From Eledone cirrhosa (Eukaryota), in assembly GCA_964016885.1 (NCBI GenBank), contig OZ024745.1, positions 107,198,001 to 107,262,000 of the forward strand: DNA of 64,000 bases, in the 5' to 3' direction. The notes below the pieces were generated by a model. The model made no database searches. It was given only the letters and a program-made list of their open reading frames with translations, and was not told where the DNA came from. Position numbers and translations under genes: made by a program. Of this stretch, positions 1 through 13,579 are shown in pieces (position 1 is the stretch's first letter; each line of letters starts with the position of its first letter).

Positions 1-1395
1 TTGCTGATCAGGGATTTTATGGTAGTTCCTGGTTTTTCTACCACTTTAATCTTTAAGTGGGTCTTTCTCAGGGCCTTTCTACAATGGTTAGCTAATTTCC
101 CTCCAAGGGTAGCGTACACGAACATGACACTCTGGTATCTCTGCTTGTCGTACCATGAGGTGGCTTTCCCTATCTTATGTTTAGTCCTATCTAAGCTATT
201 CCATAATTTGCTCCTGTATAATGGGCAAATTCCTTTCATGTCCAGTTCTATGAGGGTCTTATACTTCTCCATGGCTCCTTTGTATACTCTGATTCTGTCT
301 CTTTGTATGTAGCCAGAGAACTGCATGCGGTTGCTGAAGTGTTGGATGTCTATTTCCATTTCTGTTGGGTCGCACATGCGGGACATGTTCTTCATCACTC
401 GTACCAAGTCGGCGATCAGAATATTAAACTTAGTACTACTGGACATTGCTGAGTTTTTTAGTATCAGGTATTTGGAAGCCATGAGTCTAGCGTAGTGTTA
501 GTGGAGAATTTGGGCCCTCTCGTCTATAGTGTTAATCCACAGTTCCGTGTCAAATACAGGTAGTCTATTGTTAGGGTAGTCAATAGTTACAGTTTTACTC
601 TGGTGTATGGAGTGAGCTATCTGATGGATGCTTTCCATTGAGCTACATTCTAAATCATATTCGTTAGTACTCTCTTGTGGGGGTTTCTTTATTACTATAT
701 TAATATCGTCTACGTAACGAGAGTACATGATGAGGTCTATGGAGTTCTATTCAAAGAGGTCTATGGAGCTATTCAAAGAGATCTTTGAGTATCCTTTCCC
801 ACCATACCATAAAAAGGTTGGCAACATCACCAGCTATGCTGACGCCAATGGCTGCTCCCTCATTTTGGGTGTAGATCTTTTCGTTGAATTTGAATTCTAC
901 TCTTCTACCCTTTAGGGTAATTTTAATACTAGCCCCTATTGCATGCGCGACCATTTTTCTTACCTGATCATTGTTTTTGGGGTGTCGGTATGGCTTTGGT
1001 CCCACCAATCCACCTCCCCATGGGAGTCTTCTTTGCCATTGAGGTTATGGTGGTGGTGGTGGGGGGGGGGGTCTACCTCTTATGGATCTACTAGGGCAGA
1101 AACGGCTAAGGTCATGGCTGTCTAGGTACAGGGTGTCATAGGTAAGTCTAAGTAGGCGGCCCAGTTCATCTGTGTCGACGTCGCTGAACTCCACTTCACT
1201 CTCACTGATTATCTCCACACATTTTTCCACAGCAAAATCAATGTTAATGGATGGGTACAGTGATACCACATCCATATTGCCTATTATGCAGTTAGATAGG
1301 TTTTTGTTTTTGTTGCATTCATTGATTCTGCTGAAGAGGTCCTCTGTACTGTCACATACATCTGAGGTCATCTTGATTATGGGGCGTATAACCAG
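1..1395 (-). mobile_element. Penelope-like element (PLE) reverse transcriptase, degenerate, runs off window start
   Basis: Frameshifted minus ORFs carry PLE RT motifs: MDVVSLYPSI, FKFNEKIYTQNEGAAIG-S-AG-VANLFM, YSRYVDDI, LPVFDTELW. Confidence 0.85.
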
Positions 1396-1544
1396 TGAGT
1401 GTGTTCTGTTATTATTTCTGGCAATATTATTACAATATGACCCTCCCCAAGTATAACAATATTTGTTTCAACACACGATTTCATATCAAAAACCTCGCAA
1501 AACAAATTCATCACCGTCATATATATACATATATATATATATAT

Positions 1545-1738
1545 AATAATTGTTTCTACTTTTGGCACAAGGCCAGCAATTATCCAGTGCATTACTGGTT
1601 CTTTATTTTATCGACCCCGTAAGGATGAAAGGCAAAGTTAACCTCGGCGGGATTTGAACTCAAACCATAAAGGGGCGTAACTCTTTGCTGCAAAGCATAG
1701 CGTCAGACCCTCTACCGATACTGCCAATCCACCGCCCT
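1545..1738 (-). mobile_element. tRNA-derived SINE (Meta-domain type), short variant
   Basis: Head GGTGGATTGGCAGTATCGG...GAGTTCAAATCCC (A/B boxes), central TTTGCCTTTCATCCTTACGGGGTCGATAAAATAAAG, 3' end AGAAACAATTATT; many copies in window. Confidence 0.9.
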
Positions 1739-2210
1739 GGATTATATTCATTATTATATATATATATATAATAATGAATATAATCTAAGTTGCAGCTGCA
1801 AGTACATATATAAATAACATACAGAAATCATTGTAAGAAGAGAACGATATTATATTATTTCTACATTACACGTATTTTTACTTGTTCATGATGAAAAGGG
1901 AATATTCATCCTCAACCTATTAGATACAGCAACGAAATCTCCCTCAAATTATATCCTTGAAAAGGTTACAACACAGCGCAGATGATCAAGGCTAGAAGAC
2001 ATTTGATCATAAGTTTGCCCTATCAGGCTTCATCTAAGTCTAAGTATCAGCGACAATAATCCACAAACTGTTGAATACCAATTAGATTCCAAGATATTTC
2101 AAACTGTCAACATCCCAGTTCATAAGAGAGCCTCCAAATTGTAACTCGACACCCTCTTTAGAAGCAAATCTCTCTCAAATCACAATGTACAATCTTATTA
2201 AGATATGAGA

Positions 2211-2401
2211 GGTCGGATTCGCAGTATCGGAAGAGGGTCGGACGCCATGCTTTGCAGCATAGAGTTACGGCTCTTTACGATCCGAGTTCAAATCCCGCCG
2301 AGGTTAACTTTGCCTTTCATCCTTACGGAATCGATAAAATAAAGTACCCGTAATGCACTGGGATAATTGCTGGCCTTGTGCCAAAAGTAGAAACAATTAT
2401 T
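2211..2401 (+). mobile_element. Same SINE family
   Basis: Matches in-window consensus. Confidence 0.9.
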
Positions 2402-2726
2402 TAATGTAATCCTGCATACATAAAAAGAGGCCTGGCAATTGTTATGGGTGCTGTTCTTTCTTCTGAATAATAGACATATGAAATATTTAAAGGCAGAATG
2501 TAGCTCTAAATAATTGTAGAAATTGATAAATTATTACAATTGCTTCTGGAAGTTTATCCACCATCGATGAGGTTTATTAATCGGAAGCGAGACGAGAATA
2601 AGATATAGTTTTTATACTTTTAACGAAATCCAGACGCCTAGTGAGCTAGCTGTGACCTGATTACTGCTGAAAGCATTCATAGCGAAATTTGTGCAGGTTT
2701 ATTACACATATACATTATATTTGACT

Positions 2727-2744
2727 TTATATGCACATCTTAAA
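2727..2744 (-). CDS. Candidate terminal coding exon (FKMCI*) of host gene
   Basis: Acceptor ctttgtattttcag, phase 0 fits exon 6332-6360, TAA stop, AATAAA about 25 nt downstream (2698-2703). Confidence 0.3.
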   Translation of the reverse strand, partial: FKMCI

Positions 2745-3478
2745 CTGAAAATACAAAGAAAGTTACATAAAATAAATCATTATTTAATTCAGAATGCGAT
2801 CGACACGAAATATATACTTTGGGAAAAGGTAAGGAAAATATTTAATATTCTGTTTTCTTACATTTCCTTATTTAAGATAGAAAGTGTAGTTTGAGGTAAG
2901 CTCTACTGCTATTACCAGTCGGTCAACTTACTGTGTAGAAGATCTGATCTCCCGTTGGCTACATATTGTCATTGTTATTGCTGATGTTGTTGTTGATAAA
3001 GGTGGTGTAGTTTAACATGCCGTCTTTATTCCACGTGTAAAGACCCCAGGACTACGTTATTCAATGTATTCTTTTCTTAGGGATATTTGGCTGTTATATC
3101 TGGAAGGTTAAACGATCTCACAGAAGCCCCATTGTTCTCTCGTCGTTGTTATTGTTTTGCTTAGCCCCCAGGTGAGTTAAGTGTTGCTCTCTACTTTCAT
3201 CTCTCTCTTACTTTATCTCCTACTCTCAAATACTACAAAAAACAAAACAAAAGAACTAGATAACAAACAATGGCCGGGGGGTGTTTCACTGTTGTTAAAG
3301 AGAAATGGTTTGTTTGGAGTACTTGAGATTTTATTTTGAAAACACCAAAGGCGAGATATAGTTGTGAAGGAGAGTTGGGTGGATGTTGGCTCGAGTAGGA
3401 GATGAATGCATATATAAGATGGGTGGGTCACAAAAGATAGAAAGATACAGAGTGACAAAGAGATAGGAAGGGAAAGAG

Positions 3479-3483
<5 letters not shown>

Positions 3484-3554
<71 letters not shown>
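3484..3554. repeat. (GA)n microsatellite
   Basis: Direct. Confidence 0.95.
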
Positions 3555-3555
<1 letters not shown>

Positions 3556-4381
3556 GAAGGTGGGGGTGAATAGGGGTGGAGATCAGAATTGAATTGTGAA
3601 TGGAAAGAAAATTGAATTTAAGATGGATGAGTGAGGAAGGATGAGATGAAAAATTGAATACAATGAAAGGTGAACGGTGCGGATATGAAGGAGAATAGAG
3701 AAGAGATGGTTGAGTCAGGTGAAAAAAATATAGAGAAAGTGTTTGTGTGAGGGAGAGAGAAATGATGAAAGAAAATGCGCGCGCGCGTTTGTTTGTGTGA
3801 ATTAGAGAGAGAGACATAAAATGAAAGAACGCAAAGTAGGGTTGGTCGGTCGTTAATATATGTATATATATATATATATATATATAAATATGTGTGTGTG
3901 TCTGTGTGTGTGTGTTTGTGTGTGTGAGTATGAGTGTATGTGAGTCTGTTTGTGTTTAAAAAAAGAGAGAGACAGAGAGAGAGACGCTGTAAGCACAATG
4001 TAAGGTGAATTTAATAGACATTATCAAAAATAAAGTACTGTATGAGGAGTGAGAATACTAAGAATATAGTGAAATCCTATGACTTCCTCGTGTTACAGGT
4101 ACTTACGTGAGCCAATAAGTAATCCTTCAAGTAGTTACTCTGCGGACTAGAAATAGTTACCAAATTTCCACAAATAGTACCACGGCGTCTTAAAAAAGAC
4201 ACTTTTTATAAAGTCGCAGATATAATAGTTTTGAAACAAATAAAGGTAACATTAATCCAGGGATGCATTTGATTAGGAGTTCACTGAATCAGAATAATAA
4301 CTGCACCTCTAAAGTATGAACAAAAAAAATGAATGTCTTGGATTTGAAATAATGGGAGAAGTAACAACGCTTTTGAATTTG

Positions 4382-4552
4382 CCGTATTTCCCGGTGCCGA
4401 AGACTCTTCGTCATCGAGGACGCATCCTAATTTTGACAACCAAAAATTTGAAAAAAAAATCTAATAAACAACCTTCGGCCTCCAGGACTCATGGTAGATT
4501 TTTGAGACTTATTTTAGGAAAAAAGTAGCGTCTTCTACGCCGGGAAATACGG
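4382..4552. mobile_element. MITE with ~23-bp TIRs (Tc1/mariner-pogo type)
   Basis: CCGTATTTCCCGGtGccGAAGAC ... GTCTTCtaCgCCGGGAAATACGG followed by TA; left flank TG. Confidence 0.7.
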
Positions 4553-4959
4553 TAATCAGAATTTCTGAGACTAGGATTTACAATAATTATTATAATCATA
4601 CATTGATTACTCGAGAGTAGTGCTTTTCTCGTAGTCGTTGTATTTGCTACGTTTTGGTAGTTGAACTTTTCACCCTTCTTCAAGTGCCTATAGCATTCGA
4701 TAACATTTACAATAGTTTGAACGGTATAGATTAATCTCTGATATGATTTAACCAGTAAGGTATTGTGTTATAATCAATATAATCAATTTTCCCCTCCCCT
4801 TCAAATTACAAATCGCTATTAGTTACTTGTGTTGTCACTAGTTCTGTCCATTAAAACTAATGTATCCACACAAATACACACACACACACATACACATACA
4901 TAATACATACATACACACTCATACACACATACATACATGTATACGCACATACATACATA

Positions 4960-5295
4960 ATGGTGGCTGCCAACTCGTTTTCGAGTACGGCTACTACTTT
5001 ATATCCATGTAGGAGAACCCCTACCGATGCGCTGAACGAGTGTGACTTTTTAGTCCAGCCAGCAACTTGAAAACTCTGGTACAAACACTACACTTGTGAC
5101 AATTATTGACACATAGTGCTGGGTCCATGGTACCATGTGATGACAAGTGCAGAGAGATCTCCAGATATAAAGCAATGCCTGTGCCGTGAAGCTTTCATAG
5201 TGAGCAAAGGCACTACACAAAGCCAGTCCCACTCTCTTAACCAAGATGATATTTACCAAAGAGAAGAACAAGTCAACATCATTGGATACCATCGG
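4960..5295 (-). repeat. Interspersed non-coding retroposon-like repeat embedded in (TACA)n
   Basis: Near-identical to 50831-51170; ends GCAGCCACCA followed by (TGTA)n on minus strand. Confidence 0.7.
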
Positions 5296-5799
5296 ATACA
5301 TAATACATACATATATACACACATACATACATATATATACACATACATACATATATATATATATATACACACACACATACATACATATATACACATATAC
5401 AAGTTATATATTAATATATATGATAAACACAAAACGTGTTTGTATTGTAACAGACAAAGTTAGCTAGCAATGAAATATATGTATATATGTATGTATATAT
5501 TTGTCTATAGATACATTAACCCAGAGAGTAAACTCACACCAACCTAATGATCTAACAAACAAAATATTTGACGGGTCTTTACACTCATAATTCTGTTGCC
5601 CCATAATACAAGTAACTTATATAGATGAGGTGACCACCTAGCCAGAATAAATCAGTGTATAATGGTGTAAAAATTAAGAGTTTCTGTAGAGAGATATAAC
5701 CTGTTACATCGAGCTTTTACTGGTTCTTACTTGTGAAGACAATAACTAAATTATCCACAGTGGGATTTAAACACAGAAATTAGTAGCATCTTTATAAAC

Positions 5800-6010
5800 T
5801 GATTTCTGATCTAGGCACAAGGCCAACAATTTTGAGAAAGGGGAAAGTCGATTAAATCAACCAGAGTGTGTTACTGCTATTTATTTTATCGACCCCGTAA
5901 GGATGAAAGGCAAAGTTAACCGCGGCGGGATCTGTACTCAGAATGTAAAGGGCCATAACTCTATGTTGGAAAGCATAGTGTCTGACACTCTACCGATACT
6001 GCTAACCCAC
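5800..6010 (-). mobile_element. SINE, long variant
   Basis: Same family with extra GATTTAATCGACTTTCCCC segment. Confidence 0.85.
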
Positions 6011-6331
6011 ACTCCTCGATAATAATAACAACAATGCTCTAATGTTTTTTGCCAATTCGACGCTTTTCGTTTTCTAAGGGCGGATCTATTAATTGTTACC
6101 TAAGTATATGATTGGTACTCTATTTAACTAACTTGAGAAGGAATAAAAGCAATGCGATGTTTATAACTCGGAATTTAAAGAGACATAAGTAAGTAAAGCA
6201 ATGTTGACGCTCCAATCCGGAAACAGAGGTATCATGAACAAATATAAATAAAGAGTAAATGGATAGAATATTAATATTAAAGCTTTAAAATAATGATTAT
6301 AAAATGAAAAGATTATCATAGTGTGAATTAC

Positions 6332-6360
6332 CTGAAATATTGTTAGAGGTTTCTTGTAAG
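6332..6360 (-). CDS. Host gene micro-exon (AYKKPLTIFQ)
   Basis: tttttctcag acceptor, CAG|gtaatt donor, 29 nt, phases 1 to 0 match neighbours. Confidence 0.5.
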
Positions 6361-6459
6361 CTGAGAAAAATATCAGTTAAGGAAGGTGTCGCATAATATT
6401 CTAAAAAGTAGGGAATTTGTTGAAAATGAAGAAACGTGTTCTTCCTTCAGTTGAATTAC

Positions 6460-6535
6460 CTAGTTGTTTAATCAATTGAACTGCCCGGTGTAAATGACTG
6501 GGTTTTCCACAAACACGTGTAACCCTACAGTAATT
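6460..6535 (-). CDS. Host gene exon (NYCRVTRVCGKPSHLHRAVQLIKQL), KH-like C-terminal half
   Basis: catcag acceptor, TAG|gtaatt donor, open frame, 109- and 99-nt flanking introns. Confidence 0.55.
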
Positions 6536-6644
6536 CTGATGCAGAATCAATATGACATTGTGTGGCAAAGATTGCATTTTAAATGAAAATGACGGTCCAT
6601 CCGATGGCCTTTTGCACAGTTTGTGTCTGCACAATTTCACTCAC

Positions 6645-6772
6645 CGATCTAAAGCTATGATAAATGGTGCCATAGAAAGAAATCCAACTCAAACCCTGAA
6701 TATTTCGTAGCGAACTGTAACCACTCGACCAAGTCTGAGTGCCGTGATGCCTTTTAGGCATGTACATAGTTT
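6645..6772 (-). CDS. Host gene exon (TMYMPKRHHGTQTWSSGYSSLRNIQGLSWISFYGTIYHSFRS), KH-like N-terminal half
   Basis: ttttgctttttttctttaactaag acceptor, TCG|gtgagt donor; the single open frame joins the next exon in phase. Confidence 0.55.
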
Positions 6773-7204
6773 CTTAGTTAAAGAAAAAAAGCAAAACCCT
6801 AGCGGCATTCGTTAATGAATCTCAATAAAAAGCGGAAATAATTTCACTAAATTTAAAAATAATTTTTTAAAATCAATTTTCACGATTCAAGGAAAATATG
6901 ATATTTGGTAACGGTGATTGTCACAGTGATAAACGTGTTTCGTTTTCTGACATAGACAAAAGCTTACACATATTTTTTGGCAAACAGTAATCTGCATATT
7001 AATAATAATAATTTTAAAAAAACACGAGTTAAGGGAAATACCTCAAATAAACCAATAAAATAGATTGAGATAAACCAAGTATTAATGAATATATTAAAAA
7101 AAAATAGAATGTATCTCACTTATTTTATCTACAATTTTACTTGTTCATGTCATTCTCATTCTGGGTTAAGGAACCTTTTCTTTTAGGTTTTAACTTTCCA
7201 GTCG

Positions 7205-7395
7205 TACCAAACTTATCAGAGTCGTTAGAACGTCGGATAAAATGCTTTACGGTATTCGTTCCTGCTCTCTGCTCTCGGAGTTCAAATCCCGCCGAGGTCA
7301 ACTTTGCCATTCATCCTTCCGATGTCGATAAAATAAAGTACCAGTAATACACTGGAGGTAATTGCTGGCCTTGTGCCAAAAGTAGAAACAATTAT
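7205..7395 (+). mobile_element. SINE (diverged head)
   Basis: Matches in-window consensus. Confidence 0.85.
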
Positions 7396-7928
7396 ATATA
7401 TCTATGACCGTGTAAAATGTGGTGTATCATTTTCATGACAGTAGAATATAATTTGACTACTATCTCTAACATATTCTGGAGGAGACCGATCCCTTTGGTC
7501 GTGAACAATTCAATAGGAAACTAATATAGAAATAATATAGCATCAGGTAATTATCTGATCCATCACGCCTCATCGGATTCATCCAGGATTATATTTCTCC
7601 AGTTATATGTTGAGAACATTCGCAAGACAGCATGCTATTATAGTGACTGTCAGATAAACGTTGCATTTCAGCGAGATAAAATGCTCCAAGAAATATACTT
7701 CTTCTTGAATTGCGTTTTGTAACTGTAGGAAATTTAATGTTCGTTTCACTTTTTTCATTTCTTCCCCTTTCAATACTTAATGCTCGAACTACAGGTGGCA
7801 ATAACGTAATATAGTTTTACTTCCCGCGGTAGAAATATACGATACTTCGACATATGCATATTGAGCCTTCTACAACGCTTAACATTAAATTGGGAAATTG
7901 AAAGCATGTTAGTAATACCAAAACATAA

Positions 7929-8115
7929 AATAACTGTTTCTACTTTAGGCACAAGGCCAGCAATTACCCAGTGTATTACTGGTACTTTATTTTATCGACC
8001 CCGTAAGGATGAAAGGCAAAGTCAACCTCGGCGGGATTTGAACTCAGATCGTAAAGGGACGTAACTATGCTGGAAAGCATGGTGTCCGACTCTCTACCGA
8101 TACTGCCAATCCACC
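7929..8115 (-). mobile_element. SINE
   Basis: Matches in-window consensus. Confidence 0.9.
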
Positions 8116-8329
8116 GAACAGTCGTGTATTACATGTATGAATAGTATAAAACTAAAGGCACAATTAGTAGTGTATTAATGTAATTTACCGAAGATTGCAC
8201 ACGACAGAACAATAGCTTAGGAGGAATTAGTTCACCTAAATACCACAAAAGAAAACAAAATAAAACAAATCCGTAGCGTCGATACAGGAATGCAAATATA
8301 AAAAAAATGTTAACACACTCATCCAAACA

Positions 8330-8398
<69 letters not shown>

Positions 8399-8567
8399 TA
8401 TATATATATATATGTAGGAGGTGAGTTTTATTGTAGTACAATAAAGCAATGCAGATATCGGATAAGAAGCACTCTACAGTTTGTAGGACTGGAGTATACA
8501 TAATATATGTTGATTTAAAACTGAACTATCCACAAGTGTTTTTTAGCCTTCATATCATGTCCTCCTG

Positions 8568-8634
8568 TTTTATCTGATGAAAACACAAATATTATTGCAT
8601 GATGATATTTGTTTTTGAAATGCGCATAATAAAA
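8568..8634 (+). ncRNA. Type I hammerhead ribozyme
   Basis: TTTTAT-CTGATGA-stem II (AAACACAAATATTA/TGATATTTGTTTTT)-GAAA-TGCGCA-TA^ATAAAA. Confidence 0.75.
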
Positions 8635-8666
8635 TACATGGAACTCCTTTAACCATCTTTTGTTCT

Positions 8667-8706
<40 letters not shown>

Positions 8707-8748
8707 CATGAGGAGTTCGTGGTCCATAAATGCGTACATATCATCTCC

Positions 8749-8814
<66 letters not shown>

Positions 8815-9018
8815 TATATATATATTATCTAACCTGGAAGTTTTTTGGTTGCTTTGGTGCTGTGGCTAGGTTTACCTGCCCACTTTTTTATTTGTCTTGC
8901 TATCTAACGTATGTTATAACTCTGAGCCCCAGCCTCATCGAGTCCTTGGCTGCATATACCTAATTGTATGTCGTTAGCTTGGCTACGGTCTAAACTTCGA
9001 TCTTACTAAACTTACATT

Positions 9019-9055
<37 letters not shown>

Positions 9056-9101
9056 GAAAAGGATAGAAATTGTTGTAGCGAGAAGCTAACAGTATTCCAT
9101 A

Positions 9102-9190
<89 letters not shown>

Positions 9191-9216
9191 TGTAATAAAT
9201 AACATAAGATAATTAT

Positions 9217-9277
9217 TTCATTTACCAGTGGTTTCTTGAAGGCTGATGTTGTGTCTGTCTTCAGTCGTCAGAATGAA
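9217..9277 (-). ncRNA. Type I hammerhead ribozyme (left arm of palindrome)
   Basis: Reverse complement of 9326-9383 with a 3-nt loop II insertion. Confidence 0.7.
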
Positions 9278-9325
9278 TAAATAACATGGTGTTTTTATTA
9301 TTTAATAAAAACACCATGTTATTTA

Positions 9326-9383
9326 TTCATTCTGACGACTGAAGACAGACACATCAGCCTTCAAGAAACCACTGGTAAATGAA
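9326..9383 (+). ncRNA. Type I hammerhead ribozyme (right arm of palindrome)
   Basis: TTCATT-CTGACGA-cTGAAG..CTTCAa-GAAA-CCACTGG-TA^AATGAA. Confidence 0.75.
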
Positions 9384-9783
9384 ACAATTATCGTATGTTG
9401 TTTATTTAATAACTAATAAGCTCTGTAGCCTACATAGAGCACTCTTTTTTCCTGTACCTTTCCGACGGCAATACTTTACATATATATATATTTGTATATA
9501 TATATGTGGGTATGTACCATTATATATGTTTGTTGTGTGTGAGTATGCGTGCGTGTATGTGTGTGTACGTGTTTAAGTTCCAAATTTGAAATTGTTTATA
9601 GCATTCTTTCTGCCTTTGTTAATATTATAGCTTTAAAGAATTATCTTTTAATGAACTCCCTTTTCTTTAAATCCATCAACCAATGACCTCCAGCCATCCC
9701 AATACCCACCCTCTCCTACCACCAGAAAAGAAAAGATATAAATACCACCACCCACTTGGACAGGCAGCTTCCTGATGATTTCT

Positions 9784-9983
9784 NNNNNNNNNNNNNNNNN
9801 NNNNNNNNNNNNNNNNNNNNNNNNNNNNNNNNNNNNNNNNNNNNNNNNNNNNNNNNNNNNNNNNNNNNNNNNNNNNNNNNNNNNNNNNNNNNNNNNNNNN
9901 NNNNNNNNNNNNNNNNNNNNNNNNNNNNNNNNNNNNNNNNNNNNNNNNNNNNNNNNNNNNNNNNNNNNNNNNNNNNNNNNNNN
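9784..9983. other. Assembly gap (200 N)
   Basis: Direct. Confidence 1.
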
Positions 9984-10152
9984 TAAAGCAGTTAAATTAT
10001 AGAAAGGGGGAATGATCTTACATACATACATATAAAGTATAGATATGTGTGTGTGTCTGTTTATGTATGTGTGTTTGTGTATGTGTGTATGTGCATGTGT
10101 GTGTCTGTTTTGTTTTGATGTTATCCCGGCAATTGGCGAAATAAGTGTGAAA

Positions 10153-10203
<51 letters not shown>

Positions 10204-11379
10204 GCGAGCGACGTCAGAAAAAGTGTGTGGGATACATGCATTATTATATTTGTCTGTATTTTCGTTCTGCAACCATTATATTATGATATTTGTATCCAAA
10301 TGATTTAGATGTATGTATTACCTCCTTGCCCGTCCCTCTGCTTCTCTTTCCTGTCTCTCTCTCTCTCCTATCTCCTCTCTCTCTCGTTAGATGTGTGTGT
10401 GTGTGTGTGTGTGTGTTGTTGTTTTCCTAATCTGTCTCTTTCACTCTCTGTCTCTCTAAAAGGGTTGCCTTTTGTTGTATGTATTACCTGCTTGTGTGTT
10501 GACTGAATTTTAAGGAGGTTATTCTTTTGAAATAAACATACATACGACGCTCATATATATTGAACGTAGATACGGAAATTAAAAGAGTGTTGTCATATAG
10601 AGAGTGAGGAGAGACAGAGAGTAAAGCAGTTAAATTATAGAGAGGGTGAAAGGGTGAGAGAGAGAGAGAGAGAGAAGACGCTCAGCTTTATAATATTAGA
10701 GAGTGAAGAGCGACAGAGAGAGTCAAGCAGTTAAATTATAGAGAGGGGAATGATTTATTATAGAGAGAGGGAAGAGCGACGGAGAGAGTAAAGCTAAGAA
10801 ATTATAGGGAGGTGTGTAGGATACATACGTGTTCACCTAATTTACATACGACGCTCATCTCTACGGAAAGTAAAAGTGTGTTGTCATATAGAGAGGGAAG
10901 AGAGACAGAGAATAAAACAGTTAAATTATAGAGAGGGTGAAAGAGTGAGAGAGAGAGAGACAACGCTCAGCTTTATAATATTTGAGAGTGAAGAGCGACA
11001 GAGAGAGTAACGCAGTTAAATTATAGAGAGGGGGAATGATCTATTACAGAGAGAGGGAAGCGCGATGGAGAGAGTAAATCTAAGAAACTATAGGGAGGTG
11101 TGTACATAATACACACGACACTCAGCTTTATAATATTATAGATTAGTGAGTGTTTTACCGAATTCTTTGTTCCACCGCACTTAACTCATACCATTAGGCT
11201 TTGGGGTGTTGTTAAGCACCAAGTGAGAGTAACGCAGTTAAATTATAGAGAAGGGGAATGATCTATTATAGAGAGAGAGGGAAGAGCGACGGAGAGAGTA
11301 AAGCTAAGAAACTATAGGGTGGTGTGTAGGATACATACATACTTAATACACACGACACTCAGCTTTATAATATTATAGA
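9984..11379 (-). mobile_element. Non-autonomous Helitron-like element, copy A (3' end lost in gap)
   Basis: 5' termini A|TCTATAATATTATAAAGCTGAG at 11142 and 11379; body colinear with 16840-18019. Confidence 0.65.
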
Positions 11380-11626
11380 TTATTGACCATTCTAGTCTAA
11401 GTCATATAAATATATATTTCACTAAGGAGATCTACCAAAACCAAATCCTGACCGTTGCGTTGATCCAACTGACAATAAGTGTTAATGAACAGTCTTTACT
11501 GAATTAGTGTTCCCTCCAATGTTTGTTTTCTTTTTTTCTGAATTTGAACATCTCTTCAAGTAGATTTCTGTTTGAAGTTCAACGAAGTTTTTCTACTCAC
11601 CATATTTAGATTGCGAGACTATATGC

Positions 11627-11646
11627 GTGTGTTTGTGTGTGTGTGT

Positions 11647-11709
<63 letters not shown>

Positions 11710-11890
11710 TGAGTGTATGTGTGTGTTTGTCTGTGAGTGTGTGTGTGTGCATGTGTGTGTGTGTGTGTTTGTCTGTGAGTGTGTGTGTGTGTGTATGTGT
11801 GTGTGTGCCTGTGTGTATGTGTGTGTGTGCCTGTGTGTGTGTGTGCCTGTGTGTGTGTGTGTGTGTGTGTGTGTGCCTGTGAGTGTATGT
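11627..11890. repeat. (GT)n compound microsatellite
   Basis: Direct. Confidence 0.95.
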
Positions 11891-11922
11891 ATTTAGCAGA
11901 CTCAGTCTTCCAATTAACTTTC

Positions 11923-12114
11923 GCGGATTGGCAGTATCGGCAGAAGGTCGGGCGCCATGCTTTGCAGCATAGAGTTACCCCCCTTTATGATCTGAGCTCA
12001 AATCCCTCCGAGGTTAACTTTGCCTTTCATCCTTACGGGGGGGTCGATAAAATAAAGTACCAGTAATGTACTGAGTAATTGCTGGCCTTGTGCCAAAAGT
12101 AGAAACAATTATTA
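11923..12114 (+). mobile_element. SINE
   Basis: Matches in-window consensus. Confidence 0.9.
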
Positions 12115-12575
12115 TTTGTAGTTTTTTTTTTATTAATGTAATTGTTATTGTTAGTGTAACTATTTTTGCTATTTGCCTTTGTTGTTGTAGTTGTTGTTGT
12201 AGCTGCTGATCTTGTTGTTGTTGTGGTTAGTTTCGTCTCAATGAATTATTTTTCTCTTGCGTGCGGGTTCTTTTTTTTTCTTTTTTTTTCCCTCTAATTT
12301 TGGTTTGATGTTCATTTTTTTTCCTTCTCCTTGACTGCAGTTTAATGAGAAATGTGGATATCTTTGTTACTACTACTATATATGCCTGATTTAACGTCAT
12401 CAGTGCACGCTGCATGAAAATAGGGCAATGAAACTAATCTACTACCGGAAGTTGTGTAACGTCACTTCTTTCAAACATGTCTCATAAAATGGCATATTTT
12501 CGCATAATAGACATATACGTATACGTCAGGCACTTTGTTGACATATTATTCGAAACTAGTAGACCCTTGCCATTA

Positions 12576-12761
12576 ATAATGGTTTCTACGTTTGGCACAA
12601 GGCCAGCAATTACCCAGTACATTACTGGTACTTTATTTTATCGACCCTAAAAGGATGGAAGGCAAAGTTAACCTCGACGGGATTTGAACTTAGACAGTAA
12701 AGGGACGTAACTATGCTAGAAAGCATGGCGTCCAACCCTCTACCGATACTGCCAATTCACC
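12576..12761 (-). mobile_element. SINE
   Basis: Matches in-window consensus. Confidence 0.9.
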
Positions 12762-13191
12762 AATGACGACGATAAGGCTGAATGTATTCAAGGATTAGTA
12801 TGACATATACACTAGGCTTAGCGGATATATGAATAAGCAAACAAACTGAAAATTTAGCATTTTGAAAACTAATGATTTGTATAAAAGAAACCTTACAGTT
12901 TACGTTGATTAATGGTGTGTAGACATTTTTAAAGTTAAGATTGTTATTTTGGTTTATTTCTAAGTTATAATTTCATAAATATTCAGCATATATGTACGAA
13001 TGAGAAATAAGATTAAATGAGTGACTTAGGAGAAATAATTATTTACAACGAGAAATGTAGGGTTAGGCCCCAGACAATTGTGGTTGGAAAACGAAACTCT
13101 CATTCTAGGAATATGATAGAAAGGAAATGCAGTGTGTGTACGTGTGTGCCAGCCAATGCTGAAGCGTTACACACACACACACAATCACACA

Positions 13192-13260
<69 letters not shown>

Positions 13261-13311
13261 ACACACACACTTACAGACTCACACACACACACTCACACAC
13301 ACACACACACA

Positions 13312-13379
<68 letters not shown>

Positions 13380-13579
13380 TACACACACACACACATGTTA
13401 CAAAAGTGAGCAAAAAATAATACAATTTTTGTCATAGAAAGTGCATGCATTTCCCAATGAAACTATTCAAAATTTGCTACAGATGAAAAGGCACATACAC
13501 CCTTTATATTTAATTATCTAATTTTGTTTTATTCAGATATATGAATAAATGAACTGATATGAAATTGGCTGCCCCACTG

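Noticed and set aside
7589-7723. Candidate exon with good acceptor (ttcctacag)
   Set aside because: No convincing donor; cannot be placed in the model.
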